Shown here: one piece after another, positions 1 through 9,533 of the stretch
How positions within the stretch are numbered: position 1 is the stretch's first letter
Layout: each line of letters begins with the position of its first letter
NCBI GenBank assembly: GCA_963801605.1
Contig: CAWDFP010000006.1
Location: 928,001-992,000 of the forward strand
Reading direction: 5' to 3'
Length of the DNA stretch: 64,000 bases
From: an uncultured candidate division Zixibacteria bacterium
Lineage (GTDB): Bacteria; Zixibacteria; MSB-5A5; UBA10806
Position numbers and translations under genes: made by a program
The notes under the pieces: generated by a model
Seen by the model: only the letters and a program-made list of their open reading frames with translations
Databases searched by the model: none
What the model was told of the DNA's origin: nothing

Positions 1-74
1 CATCGCTCGATTACGAAAAGTACTATCCGGAAGCTCGTAAGAAAAACAAACAGCAGCCGGTTCGCGTAGGCTAA
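1..74 (+). CDS. 3' end of an unidentified upstream CDS (partial)
   Basis: Open frame from the window edge, ...SLDYEKYYPEARKKNKQQPVRVG*, with TAA at 72-74, co-oriented with the next gene. Confidence 0.5.
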   Translation, partial: SLDYEKYYPEARKKNKQQPVRVG

Positions 75-118
75 AATGATTTAGAAAGGCGCATTGGGGG
101 TAGTGGCGCTTAATTGAT

Positions 119-1123
119 ATGGAACACGTCAAAGCCATTGCTCTTTATTCTGGTGGCCTCGATTCGACGCTCGCCATTCTTCAGATGATGAAGTATGGAG
201 TCGAAATCGAGGCCATTACCTTTTTAACTCATTTTGGCTGCGATGCTACCGACTCATCGTCCTGCGGTTCAGACCCCTATCCGGCGGCGCAAAAATTCGG
301 GTTTAAAGTCAAGCTGGCACATCTGGGACAGAGATTCGTAGATATCGTCCGCAATCCACGATTCGGCCATGGTAAAAACATGAATCCCTGTATCGATTGC
401 CGCCTGATTATGATCGATGAGGCCCGACATTATATGGAAATGGTTGGCGCCGATTTCATTATCACAGGCGAGGTGTTGGGGCAACGTCCCATGTCGCAGA
501 GACGTTTCGCGATGGATTTAGTGGCTCGGGAATGCGGCTTGGCGGGCAAACTGGTCAGGCCCCTTTCCGGGCGGCTTCTGCCGGCAACTATTCCGGAAAA
601 AGAGGGCAAGATTAAGCGGGAATGGCTTCTCGACATAGAAGGGCGTTCTCGTAAACGTCAGATGCAGCTTGCAGCTGAATTTGGCCTGACCGAATATCCC
701 AACCCGGCTTCGGGATGCCTGCTAACTGATAAGCGCTATTCAGATAAACTTCGCGATCTCTTGAAATATACCCCCGATGCTGATTTCAATGAAATCAATC
801 TGCTTAAAATCGGACGACATTTCCGTCTGGGACCGAAAACCAAATTGGTGGTTGGCCGCGACGAACCGGAAAACAATACAATCGAATCGTTAACTCTTCA
901 GAACGATTATATACTTGAAGCAGTAGATTTTGAATCGCCTATCGGAATATTGCGGGGCGAAATAAATGACGATTTTATCGGAACCGCGGCATCTCTTGTA
1001 GCCCGTTATTGCGACGGTAAGAAAGAGAATGCACTAAGGGTTGAGGTTCGTAATGCGGGCCAGGCGCGTAATCTGGAAACATCGCCAGCTTCCGATTGGT
1101 TGTTAGAGCAAATTAGGATTTAG
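119..1123 (+). CDS. PP-loop tRNA sulfurtransferase-like protein (ThiI/MnmA-related) with C-terminal DUF814/NFACT-R-like RNA-binding domain
   Basis: SGGLDS PP-loop, NPCIDC, TGEVLGQRPMSQ, PASGCLLTD, GRHFRL...VGRDEPEN. Confidence 0.8.
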   Translation: MEHVKAIALYSGGLDSTLAILQMMKYGVEIEAITFLTHFGCDATDSSSCGSDPYPAAQKFGFKVKLAHLGQRFVDIVRNPRFGHGKNMNPCIDCRLIMIDEARHYMEMVGADFIITGEVLGQRPMSQRRFAMDLVARECGLAGKLVRPLSGRLLPATIPEKEGKIKREWLLDIEGRSRKRQMQLAAEFGLTEYPNPASGCLLTDKRYSDKLRDLLKYTPDADFNEINLLKIGRHFRLGPKTKLVVGRDEPENNTIESLTLQNDYILEAVDFESPIGILRGEINDDFIGTAASLVARYCDGKKENALRVEVRNAGQARNLETSPASDWLLEQIRI

Positions 1124-1163
1124 GCCATCATTGGGTTATTAAACCTGTTCGGGGGACACAAAG

Positions 1164-1222
1164 CCAGCCGGCAGCATCGAATCACCTCCTGTAAGGATAA
1201 GCTGCCGGCTGGTGTTTTTTTT
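1164..1222 (+). terminator. Intrinsic terminator-like hairpin with a 25-nt loop
   Basis: 12-bp perfect stem CCAGCCGGCAGC (1164-1175)/GCTGCCGGCTGG (1201-1212) followed by a T tract. Confidence 0.7.
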
Positions 1223-1432
1223 GCCTGCGATATAATTTCATGGTCGTTTTGCATAATTTGTAATATCAACATATTGATTATAAAGAGCGTAGCGCTGTCC
1301 CCAAATCTGTATAGGGAATGGGGAACCCCTCAATCTGCTCCCATTGTTCTAACATCGATAAGGATTGCCGAATTCACTTGGCGTCGGAGTATATCTTGTT
1401 TAAATTTGGACAAATAGAAAGGTGATATATAT

Positions 1433-2611
1433 ATGGCACTCTGGAATCGCAATAAACAAAAAATGCAAACAGCCACCGATACTGCTCATCTTGAACCGGG
1501 CTTAGCAGGTGTTAAGAATATTATCGCTATTGCCAGCGGCAAAGGTGGCGTGGGGAAATCGACTGTTGCTACCAATTTGGCTTATGCCCTGAAAGACGCC
1601 GGGCATACGGTCGGTCTTATGGATGCCGATATTTATGGCCCCAGTCAGCCCGGAATGCTGGGCGCGGAGCTTGAACCTCCGCATGTTGTCGGCGGACAGC
1701 TTCAGCCATCGAGTCAGCACGGCATGAGCTTTATCTCGATGGGCCTATTTCTGAGCGGCGGCGGGCCGGTTATTTGGCGCGCCCCTATTGCCATGAAGAT
1801 GATTCAGCAGTTTATCGCCAACGTTCTCTGGGGCGAGCTTGACTATCTCCTTATCGATCTTCCGCCCGGCACCGGAGACGTGCAACTTACGCTTGCCCAG
1901 CAGGCCCAATTGAGCGGAGCTATTATAGTCACCACTCCCCAGGAGGTTGCGATCGGCGTAGCTCGTAAAGGTCTTAAGATGTTCGAACAGGTCAATGTGC
2001 CAATTCTGGGGATAATCGAAAACATGAGCGGATTTATTTGCCAGCATTGTGGCAAAGAGACGGATATCTTTGGCGCCGGCGGCGGCAAGAAGATGGCTGT
2101 CGAATTAAACGTGCCATTTCTGGGCTCAATCCCCCTCGATACGGCGATTATGTCGAGCGGCGAGGATGGCGTTCCGGTGCTGGCGAGAGATCGAGAATCA
2201 ACTGCGGCTAAATCATATATCTCCCTGGCAGGAGCGGTTGAAAAGCAAATTGACGTTATGAAAGCATCGGGAAACCTAATCGAGCCTGAGCATGTAGAGC
2301 TTGTTGAAAATGGTGAGCTGCACATGCGCTGGCCTGATGGTCACCAGAGCGTCTATACGCCTTATCACCTTCGAGTCAATTGCCGCTGCGCAAATTGTAT
2401 AGATGAAAACACCGGTTTACAAACGCTCGATCCCGTCCTGATCCCTCTTGATATTAAAATAAACGACATCAAATCCGTCGGACGTTACGCTATAGCCATT
2501 GCGTTTTCCGATGGCCATAATACCGGAATTTATACTTTTAAGCGTCTTCGCGAACTTTGCGAGTGCCCGGAATGTACTAAGGATAGCAAGGGAGATTCTT
2601 TTGATGTATAA
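1433..2611 (+). CDS. mrp: Mrp/ApbC/NBP35 Fe-S cluster carrier ATPase fused to a C-terminal DUF971 (GBBH-like N-terminal) domain
   Basis: GKGGVGKST, DADIYGPS, DLPPGTGD, ENMSGFICQHC; C-terminal WPDGH...LRVNCRCANC...VGRYA...FSDGHNTGIY. Confidence 0.9.
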   Translation: MALWNRNKQKMQTATDTAHLEPGLAGVKNIIAIASGKGGVGKSTVATNLAYALKDAGHTVGLMDADIYGPSQPGMLGAELEPPHVVGGQLQPSSQHGMSFISMGLFLSGGGPVIWRAPIAMKMIQQFIANVLWGELDYLLIDLPPGTGDVQLTLAQQAQLSGAIIVTTPQEVAIGVARKGLKMFEQVNVPILGIIENMSGFICQHCGKETDIFGAGGGKKMAVELNVPFLGSIPLDTAIMSSGEDGVPVLARDRESTAAKSYISLAGAVEKQIDVMKASGNLIEPEHVELVENGELHMRWPDGHQSVYTPYHLRVNCRCANCIDENTGLQTLDPVLIPLDIKINDIKSVGRYAIAIAFSDGHNTGIYTFKRLRELCECPECTKDSKGDSFDV

Positions 2612-2678
2612 ATTATCCACTTGGATAGGTTAAGCCCCCAACGGTTTCGGTATACGCGATTAATTAGGATTTTAATAA

Positions 2679-3296
2679 ATGTCAAATTTGCCAATAAAAA
2701 TCACCGCTGAACCGACAGCCGATCCTTTCGTCTGCAAATTTATCGTAGATACTCCAATATTGGCGAATCGCACTATTGGTTGTCGAAACAAGGTGGCTGC
2801 AAGGGGCGCCCCGCTTCTGGAGGCGCTTTTTGAGATTGAAGGCGTACGCGAGGTACTGTTAACGGGCAATATTGTCACGATTGCCAAATCGGGAACAGAT
2901 TCGTGGCAGATATTGGGCAAAAAAATCGGGGCAGCCATCAGAAACGCAATCGAATCGGGTCAGCCGCTTATTCCTGATGATTGGGGCCAAAAGCCGCCGT
3001 CCGAAAACGATCTATATCAGGAAGTTGAACGCGTACTGGCCTCCAGGGTCAATCCGGGAATTTCAACTCATGGCGGACATGTGGAACTGGTCGATGTTAA
3101 GGGGACTTCGGTTTATCTTAGACTGAGCGGCGGTTGCCAGGGATGCGGAGCCGCTAACGTGACCTTACGTCAGGGAATTGAAAAAGCGATACGTTCGCAT
3201 GTTCCGGCTGTTACAGAAATTATCGATGTGACCGATCATGCTTCCGGTAAAAATCCTTATTATAGAAATAAAAGGACTGATGGTTCGCCGCTGTAA
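2679..3296 (+). CDS. nfuA: NfuA/NFU-type Fe-S carrier (Nfu_N scaffold + NifU C-terminal domain)
   Basis: N-terminal EPTADP..CKF...PLLEALFEIEGV; C-terminal VNPGISTHGG...LSGGCQGC...DVTDHASGKNPYY. Confidence 0.85.
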   Translation: MSNLPIKITAEPTADPFVCKFIVDTPILANRTIGCRNKVAARGAPLLEALFEIEGVREVLLTGNIVTIAKSGTDSWQILGKKIGAAIRNAIESGQPLIPDDWGQKPPSENDLYQEVERVLASRVNPGISTHGGHVELVDVKGTSVYLRLSGGCQGCGAANVTLRQGIEKAIRSHVPAVTEIIDVTDHASGKNPYYRNKRTDGSPL

Positions 3297-3334
3297 TTTA
3301 CTGTTACATTAAATCGTAGCCCGCAACATATTTC

Positions 3335-4732
3335 TCAAACTTCATATGTCTCCCCGGGCGCGGGGAACTCAACAGAACTATATCCCCGGCTCTTGATGGC
3401 ATCGCGCAGAGGCAAAGATTCATCCGGTTCGCCGTGCACGAGGAAAATATGCTTGAGCCGTTCTGTTGAGCTGGCTTTGACATAATTTATCAGGTCGTTT
3501 TTGTCGCCGTGAGCGCTGAATACATCCATGGTTTTAACCTGGGCGCGTACCCGGAACTCCTCGCCGAAAATCTTTACGACCTTTTCCCCGTCCATGATTT
3601 TTCTGGCGAGTGTCTCAGGCGCCGCATAACCTACAAACAGAATCGTATTGCGGTGATCCTCGATATTGTTCTTTAGATGATGCAATATGCGGCCGCCCTC
3701 CGCCATACCCGAGGCTGAGATAATAATCGCCGGATATTTCAACTGGTTGAGCGACTTGGATTCCTCGACACTCTCTACATATTTTAGTCTATAAAATCCG
3801 AACGGATCCTCATTTTGGCTCAAGAAAACCCGCTCAGTTTCACGATCGAAACATTCCGGGTGATGGCGGAATACCTCGGTGGCGTTTTTGGCTAATGGGC
3901 TATCGATATAAATCGGCATATCGGGTATGCGTCCCTGATCGCACAACTTGTGCAGGATATAGACCAGTAGCTGTGTTCGTCCGACTGCAAATGCCGGGAT
4001 GATGATCTTACCGCCGGATCTGGCAGCAGTTCTTACAACTTCAGCCAGTCCTTCCGCCATGTCTTCCGAACTTGGATGAGCACGGTTTCCGTAGGTGCTT
4101 TCCATAATTAGAACATCGAGATCGAGCAGCAGATTCGGGTCGCGCAGGATCGGCATATCGGCGCGGCCGATGTCACCGCTAAAACCGACTCTCAATTTGC
4201 GGCTATTTTCCGTAATTTCCAGAAGTATTCCCGCCGACCCCAGAATATGCCCCGCGTCCTGAAAAGTGACATTTACTCCCGGCGCAACTTTTATATTTTC
4301 GTTGTACTGCACGCCATTGAATGCTGCCAGCGACATCTCAACATCGGAAAGAGTATAAAGCGGCTCTACCGGCGGCTCATGATTCTTGCGATGAATTTTA
4401 TTGAGCCACTCCGCGTCTTTTTCCTGAAGGTAAGCTGTATCGCGAAGCATAATCTCGCAAAGATCAACCGTGGCGTAAGTGGCGAAAATTGGTCCTCGAT
4501 AACCGCATTTCACCAGGTTGGGGATATTGCCGCTATGGTCGATATGGGCATGTGAAAGCAACAAAGCATCAATTTTAGTCACATCAAACGGAAAAGCCCG
4601 GTTCTTTTCGTACGTATCTTTTCTTTTGCCCTGAAACATACCGCATTCGAGAAGAATCTTCTTGCCATTTATCGAAAGCAGATGCTCCGAACCAGTTACA
4701 GTTTGCGCACCACCCCAAAATTGTATCTTCAT
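3335..4732 (-). CDS. MBL-fold beta-CASP RNA-metabolising metallo-hydrolase
   Basis: GGAQTVTGS, SHAHIDHSG, AGHILGSA, MESTYG, PAFAVGRTQ, SAHGD, LVHGE motifs. Confidence 0.92.
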   Translation of the reverse strand: MKIQFWGGAQTVTGSEHLLSINGKKILLECGMFQGKRKDTYEKNRAFPFDVTKIDALLLSHAHIDHSGNIPNLVKCGYRGPIFATYATVDLCEIMLRDTAYLQEKDAEWLNKIHRKNHEPPVEPLYTLSDVEMSLAAFNGVQYNENIKVAPGVNVTFQDAGHILGSAGILLEITENSRKLRVGFSGDIGRADMPILRDPNLLLDLDVLIMESTYGNRAHPSSEDMAEGLAEVVRTAARSGGKIIIPAFAVGRTQLLVYILHKLCDQGRIPDMPIYIDSPLAKNATEVFRHHPECFDRETERVFLSQNEDPFGFYRLKYVESVEESKSLNQLKYPAIIISASGMAEGGRILHHLKNNIEDHRNTILFVGYAAPETLARKIMDGEKVVKIFGEEFRVRAQVKTMDVFSAHGDKNDLINYVKASSTERLKHIFLVHGEPDESLPLRDAIKSRGYSSVEFPAPGETYEV

Positions 4733-4965
4733 GAATATTTTTCCTGCGATTTATTTAATCCGGTTTGCATTATCAAACGCCTCATTAAGAAGCCAATAAC
4801 AATAAACGAGTTAGATGTCACTCTTGTCAATCGAAATAAGGCGATCTTATCAGGGTTCCGTGAATTCAAAAATTCGCAGTCTTCAGATTTCCGGGAATAA
4901 GCTTGCCGGTCTGACGTATGCTTTATAGAAAATAAATTGTTTCCACCCCTGACTGGAGGAAAAAT

Positions 4966-7490
4966 ATGAAACGGACAATCCTGACACTGGCATTGATATT
5001 AATAAGCGCTCAAGCACTTTGGGCTGATGGCATGCTTATACCCCGACCTATGCCCTGGATGCCGCCAAGCGCACAGGTTAATATCAAGTATCATGATGTT
5101 GATGTAGTAATCAACGATCCCGCGGCACTTACAAAAATTGACCAGGTATTCATTAATCCGTTCAATCGCGAAATCGAGGCCGATTATATTTTCCCGATCC
5201 CCGATAACGCCGCTATCAGTCATTTTACCGCCTGGCTTGGGGGTCACAAGATGGAAGCCGAGCTTTTAGATGCCACCGGCGCGCGCAAAATCTATGAGGA
5301 TATCGTTCGAGCCCGTAAAGACCCTGCTCTGTTGGAGTATGCCGGCCGCGGGATGTATCGTATGCGCGTTTATCCCATCCCGGCCAGGGGAGAGGTACGC
5401 ATTCAGATCGAATATGAACAAACTCTCAAGTCCGACAACGGCACGGTGGAATATATTTATCCTCTGAATACCGAAAAATATTCGGGCGCGAATTTAGAGC
5501 GTTGTAAGGTTACGGTTAATGTGAATTCGTTCGAAAATATCGGTTCCGTTTATAGTCCTACTCATCAAATGGCAATCGAGCGGCTGGGCGAAAAATCGAT
5601 GAAAGTTGTTTACAATGATGAAAATGTCAAACCCGATAAAGATTTGGTTGTTTATTTCACCCGCCAAACCAGCGATTTCGGTTTTCACCTTTTGAGCTAT
5701 GGCGAGCCGGGAAGAGAGGGTGGTTATTTTATGGGTATTCTATCGCCGCCGTTGGAAAGCCGTCGAGTTGAAACTAACAAAAATGTAATCTTCATTTTGG
5801 ATTCCTCGGGCAGCATGCGCGGCGAAAAATTCCAGCAGGCAATCGATGCCCTTAAATTTTGCCTCGGCGGCCTTAACCCGGGCGACCGTTTTAATGTGAT
5901 CGATTACGATGACGATATCCGTCCCTTTAAACCGGAACTGGTAACCGCGAATAAAATTAATATCGATGAAGCCTCCTCATTCGCCAATTTGGCCGAAGCC
6001 GCAGGCGGCACCAATATCTATGATGCTCTTGCGAGTGCCTGCCGAATGATCCGATCCAGCGTCAATCCGTCATATATCTTGTTTCTTACCGATGGCCAGC
6101 CGACCGTGGGCAATACAAGTATCGAGCAGATAATCAGCAATACATCCGCTTTAAACGAAGGCCGAGCGCACATATTTGTGTTTGGCGTGGGGTATGATGT
6201 CAACACCAATCTCCTTGATCGTCTGTCCGAACAGAATCATGGGCTGCCGGAATATGTCCTGCCTGATGAAAATATCGAATCCAAAATTTCTCGGGTAGCA
6301 TCCAAACTCAGCCATCCGGCCCTGACCGATGTTAATATCTCATTCGGAAACGCAAATGTCTCTCGTATCTATCCTGCTCCGATACCGGATCTATTCTACG
6401 GTTCAGAAATCATTGTAACCGGACGATTTGAAAGAAATGGAACCTCGCAAGCGGTCGTTACCGGCCAAGTTGGCGGAAAGAATGTCACCTTTGAATTTCC
6501 GGTTACTTTTTCCGATGGCGACAGTCGCGATGATTTTATCGCCTTGCTTTGGGCTAATCGACGAATCGGATATTTGTTGCAAGAATTGAAATCGCACGGC
6601 TCCAACCAGGAGCTGCTGACAGAGGTGATTGAACTTTCCAAAAAGTACGGCATATACAGAGTACACGTCTTTTTTGGTTGGTGCAGGAAAGCGTGCGCAT
6701 CTATCCGCTATTGATTTATTCTACGGTTCGGAAATTATAATAACCGGACGATTTGAAAGAAATGAAACCTCCAAGCGGTCGTAACCGGTAAAGTTGGCAG
6801 AAAGAATGTCACATTCGAATTCCCGGTTACTTTTTCCGAGGCGACAGCCGCGATGATTTTATCGCGTTGCTTTGGGCTAATCGACGAATCGGGTATTTGC
6901 TGCAGGAATTGAAATCGCACGGCTCCAACCAGGAGCTGCTGACAGAGGTGATTGAACTTTCCAAAAAGTATGGGATCATAACGGAATACACCTCGTTTTT
7001 GGTGACAGGTGATGAGAGAGATAGAGGAAGGTATCTGGCTCTGGAAGACAAAGCCCTTAGCGCCAAAAAGGGTAAGGATATATCCAGCTATATGGCGCCT
7101 CAGAGCGGCGAATCGGCAGTCAAGCAATCGAAGAATATACAGAAACAGTTTCGAGCCGATTTAGTTGCTCTTCCGATGGCTTTTAGCGCGGTCCCTGCCG
7201 AAGCATGGCAAACGGCAGCGCCCACGGTGACACAAGTTGGAGCGCAGGGCTTTTTCCGGGTCGGCGATAACTGGATACAGGGAAATCTCAAGGGTGATAA
7301 ATACGACATGCAAATCAAACGATTCTCTCGCGCCTATTTCCAGCTTCTGGAGAAAGACCCCAAGCTTGGCAAATACTTGGGATTGGGTAATGAGGTGCGC
7401 TTGCAGGTTGGCACTCAGGTGGTGCAGATTGCCGACAGCGGCCAGGAAACGCTTAGCGACAAGGACCTAAGGGTGCTGTTTCCGAAATAA
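4966..7490 (+). CDS. Secreted VIT + von Willebrand factor A domain protein (inter-alpha-trypsin inhibitor-like), interrupted by an internal duplication
   Basis: Signal peptide; VIT domain (YEDIVRARKDPALLEY); MIDAS DSSGSM, GGT, LTDG. The C-terminus resumes in ORF 6867-7490 after the duplicated block. Confidence 0.85.
6388..7005 (+). repeat. Imperfect tandem duplication of ~290 bp inside the VIT-vWA gene
   Basis: ~6388-6680 is repeated at ~6713-7005 with mostly third-position substitutions, a few indels and a scrambled junction. Confidence 0.9.
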
Positions 7491-7521
7491 TTAATTAAAA
7501 GCGAATAAGAAATTCTTGTAG

Positions 7522-7551
7522 CCGGGGACCCCTGTGGTCCCCGGTTTTTTT
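7522..7551. terminator. Intrinsic terminator between convergent genes
   Basis: CCGGGGACC-cctgt-GGTCCCCGG followed by T7. Confidence 0.8.
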
Positions 7552-7563
7552 ATGCCTCTGGCA

Positions 7564-8828
7564 TTATCCTCTAAAAAATATCAGCGTTATTATTACAAAA
7601 ATCGGCAGAAGTATCATAGCGCCGAATATGCCATATAGCCGAAGAAATGAGGTACTTTGTACCCCTGCTCCTCGGCGATCGATTTGACCATGAAATTGGG
7701 GCCATTACCGATATAAGTATTCGCCCCCATGAACACCGCCCCGCAGCTTATGGCCCGAAGGATATCCACATGCACCCCGGAGATGATGGCGCCTCCAGTT
7801 TCAGCAATTTTCGATGTTACGCTTTGACCAAGCGTAAAAAATGTCAGGTAGGTCGGGGCGTTATCCAAAAATGAACTCAAACCTCCGGTCCACCAGAAAA
7901 ATTGCCAGGGCTTCGTTATGCCCAGCGATGCTCCTTTTTCGTGCAGCATCATCAACATCGGGACCATAGTGATGAAAATACCTGCAAATAGAATGGCAAC
8001 CTCGCTGATAGGATAAAAGGTAAATCCATTCTCTTTCCGTAGTTTCTTCGATGTGAAAAACACAGACAACCCGGCCATGGCGATCATAATGATTTCCCGG
8101 TATGGCGCCGGTGTCTGGAAAAATACTGACAATACTACTCCGGCCAGGAAGAGAAAATTTATCTTGCCCGAAACTCCCAAGGGTACAATGGCGCTTTCAT
8201 CGCGGATAAGATCAGCCTGTGACTCCCTCGAGTAGGCGCGCTTATCCCAGATATAAAATAGGAGCAGTAGCATCGAAATTAGGGTCAGCCATTCCGGCCA
8301 AAGGCCAAGTGTCCACGTAAAGGGTATCCCGCGAAGGTAACCCAAAAATAGCGGGGGATCGCCCAATGGTGTCAGGCAACCACCGATATTCGATACCAGA
8401 AAAATAAAGAATACCGGAATATGAGCAGTAAAATTCCGTTCGCTATTAGTCTTAAGCATTGGACGTATTAGCAGCATGCTCGCCCCGGTGGTACCAATGA
8501 AATTGGCCAGAACCGCACCTATGGCCAGAAAGGTAGTATTGATCCGCGGGGTGGCGCGCAGGTCGCCAGTCATGGCAATTCCGCCTGAGATAATAAATAA
8601 CGAGCCTAATAAAATTATAAATGAAAGATAATCTTTGATATTTTGAACAAGCTCAAATTGGTAATTCGCAAGTAAGAAAATAAATATCGGCAGGCTGACT
8701 ATGCCAGTGATAATTGCTTTATTTCTGTTTTTCTCCCAAAAGCGGGGGAATGCCAAAGGCATTATAGCGATTAAAAGTAGAAGGACAACAAAGGGTATGC
8801 CGCTGTAGAGAGTGATAGAAACTGGCAT
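7564..8828 (-). CDS. Putative Na+/H+ antiporter (ion transporter superfamily, CitMHS_2-like); one frameshift near the C-terminus
   Basis: Multi-TM protein with IGTTGASMLLIRP, SNIGGCLTPLGDPPLFLG, SSFLDNAPTY, GAVFMGANTYIGNGPNFMV; last helix MILLPIFVIITLIFFRG* lies in a shifted frame ending at 7564; SD GGAGG. Confidence 0.85.
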
Positions 8829-8849
8829 GGCCTCCTCGGCCGCCGCAAT

Positions 8850-9533
8850 TTACGGCGCGGGAATGATAAGAGTCGGCAAGCCGGAATCGCTGGCTCGATA
8901 CAAAGTCAGAGCCTGGTCGGGATCCATTTTCAACATCAGCATCGATTCGCCGAATGGACGCTGTAAAACATGCTTAACCTCGGCGATCGTGTTCTTGAAC
9001 TTGGATTCGGCCTTACCGGCGACATCGGTGCGAATATCTATAATCAGGTTATTATCCCAGAGTATCTGAAATCGCTGCGGTACCTGGCGCTGCAAAAGCT
9101 GAGGATCGACGTTAACCGCTTTTCCAACAATGGCCAGAATTGAATCCGGTGTTTTTCCGGATGATGCGAACAGATGTTTCTCTAATACCGGCCTGATAAG
9201 AATATTGTCTTTTCCCTGGAATCGCTTGGAGAAATCCACCAGCGAGCCGTAATCGCCATCAATGGTTCGCAGCGGATTGTTCCATACCTCAGTACCCTTA
9301 AGCCTGATCTCAATTTCGCGCTTTTGAAAATCGAGAACCATATAAGGTTTGCCTGTTCGAGCCAACCTAAGTTCGGCCTGGATTAACTCGTATTCCTGCT
9401 CAGCTTGAGACCATTCCCATTTTTTCGTCTCATTTGGCTGAGATTCCTCGCTCTGCTCGCCTTTTTTTTGACAGGCGACGACCGATAGAAGCGCCAGAAT
9501 AGCCAGAGAATATGTCCAACTTTTTTTTGTCAT
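8850..9533 (-). CDS. Lipoprotein with a degenerate YkuD (L,D-transpeptidase-like) fold
   Basis: Lipobox VVAC21; PYMVLDFQKREI and MLKMDPDQALTLYRASDSGLPTLII align with the termini of the neighbouring YkuD domain; no HG..GC motif; TAATG overlap with the upstream gene. Confidence 0.6.
   Translation of the reverse strand: MTKKSWTYSLAILALLSVVACQKKGEQSEESQPNETKKWEWSQAEQEYELIQAELRLARTGKPYMVLDFQKREIEIRLKGTEVWNNPLRTIDGDYGSLVDFSKRFQGKDNILIRPVLEKHLFASSGKTPDSILAIVGKAVNVDPQLLQRQVPQRFQILWDNNLIIDIRTDVAGKAESKFKNTIAEVKHVLQRPFGESMLMLKMDPDQALTLYRASDSGLPTLIIPAP

Noticed and set aside
6388..7005. Diversity-generating retroelement TR/VR pair
   Set aside because: Differences are not adenine-specific (many C/T and C/G), are mostly synonymous, and there is no reverse transcriptase in the window
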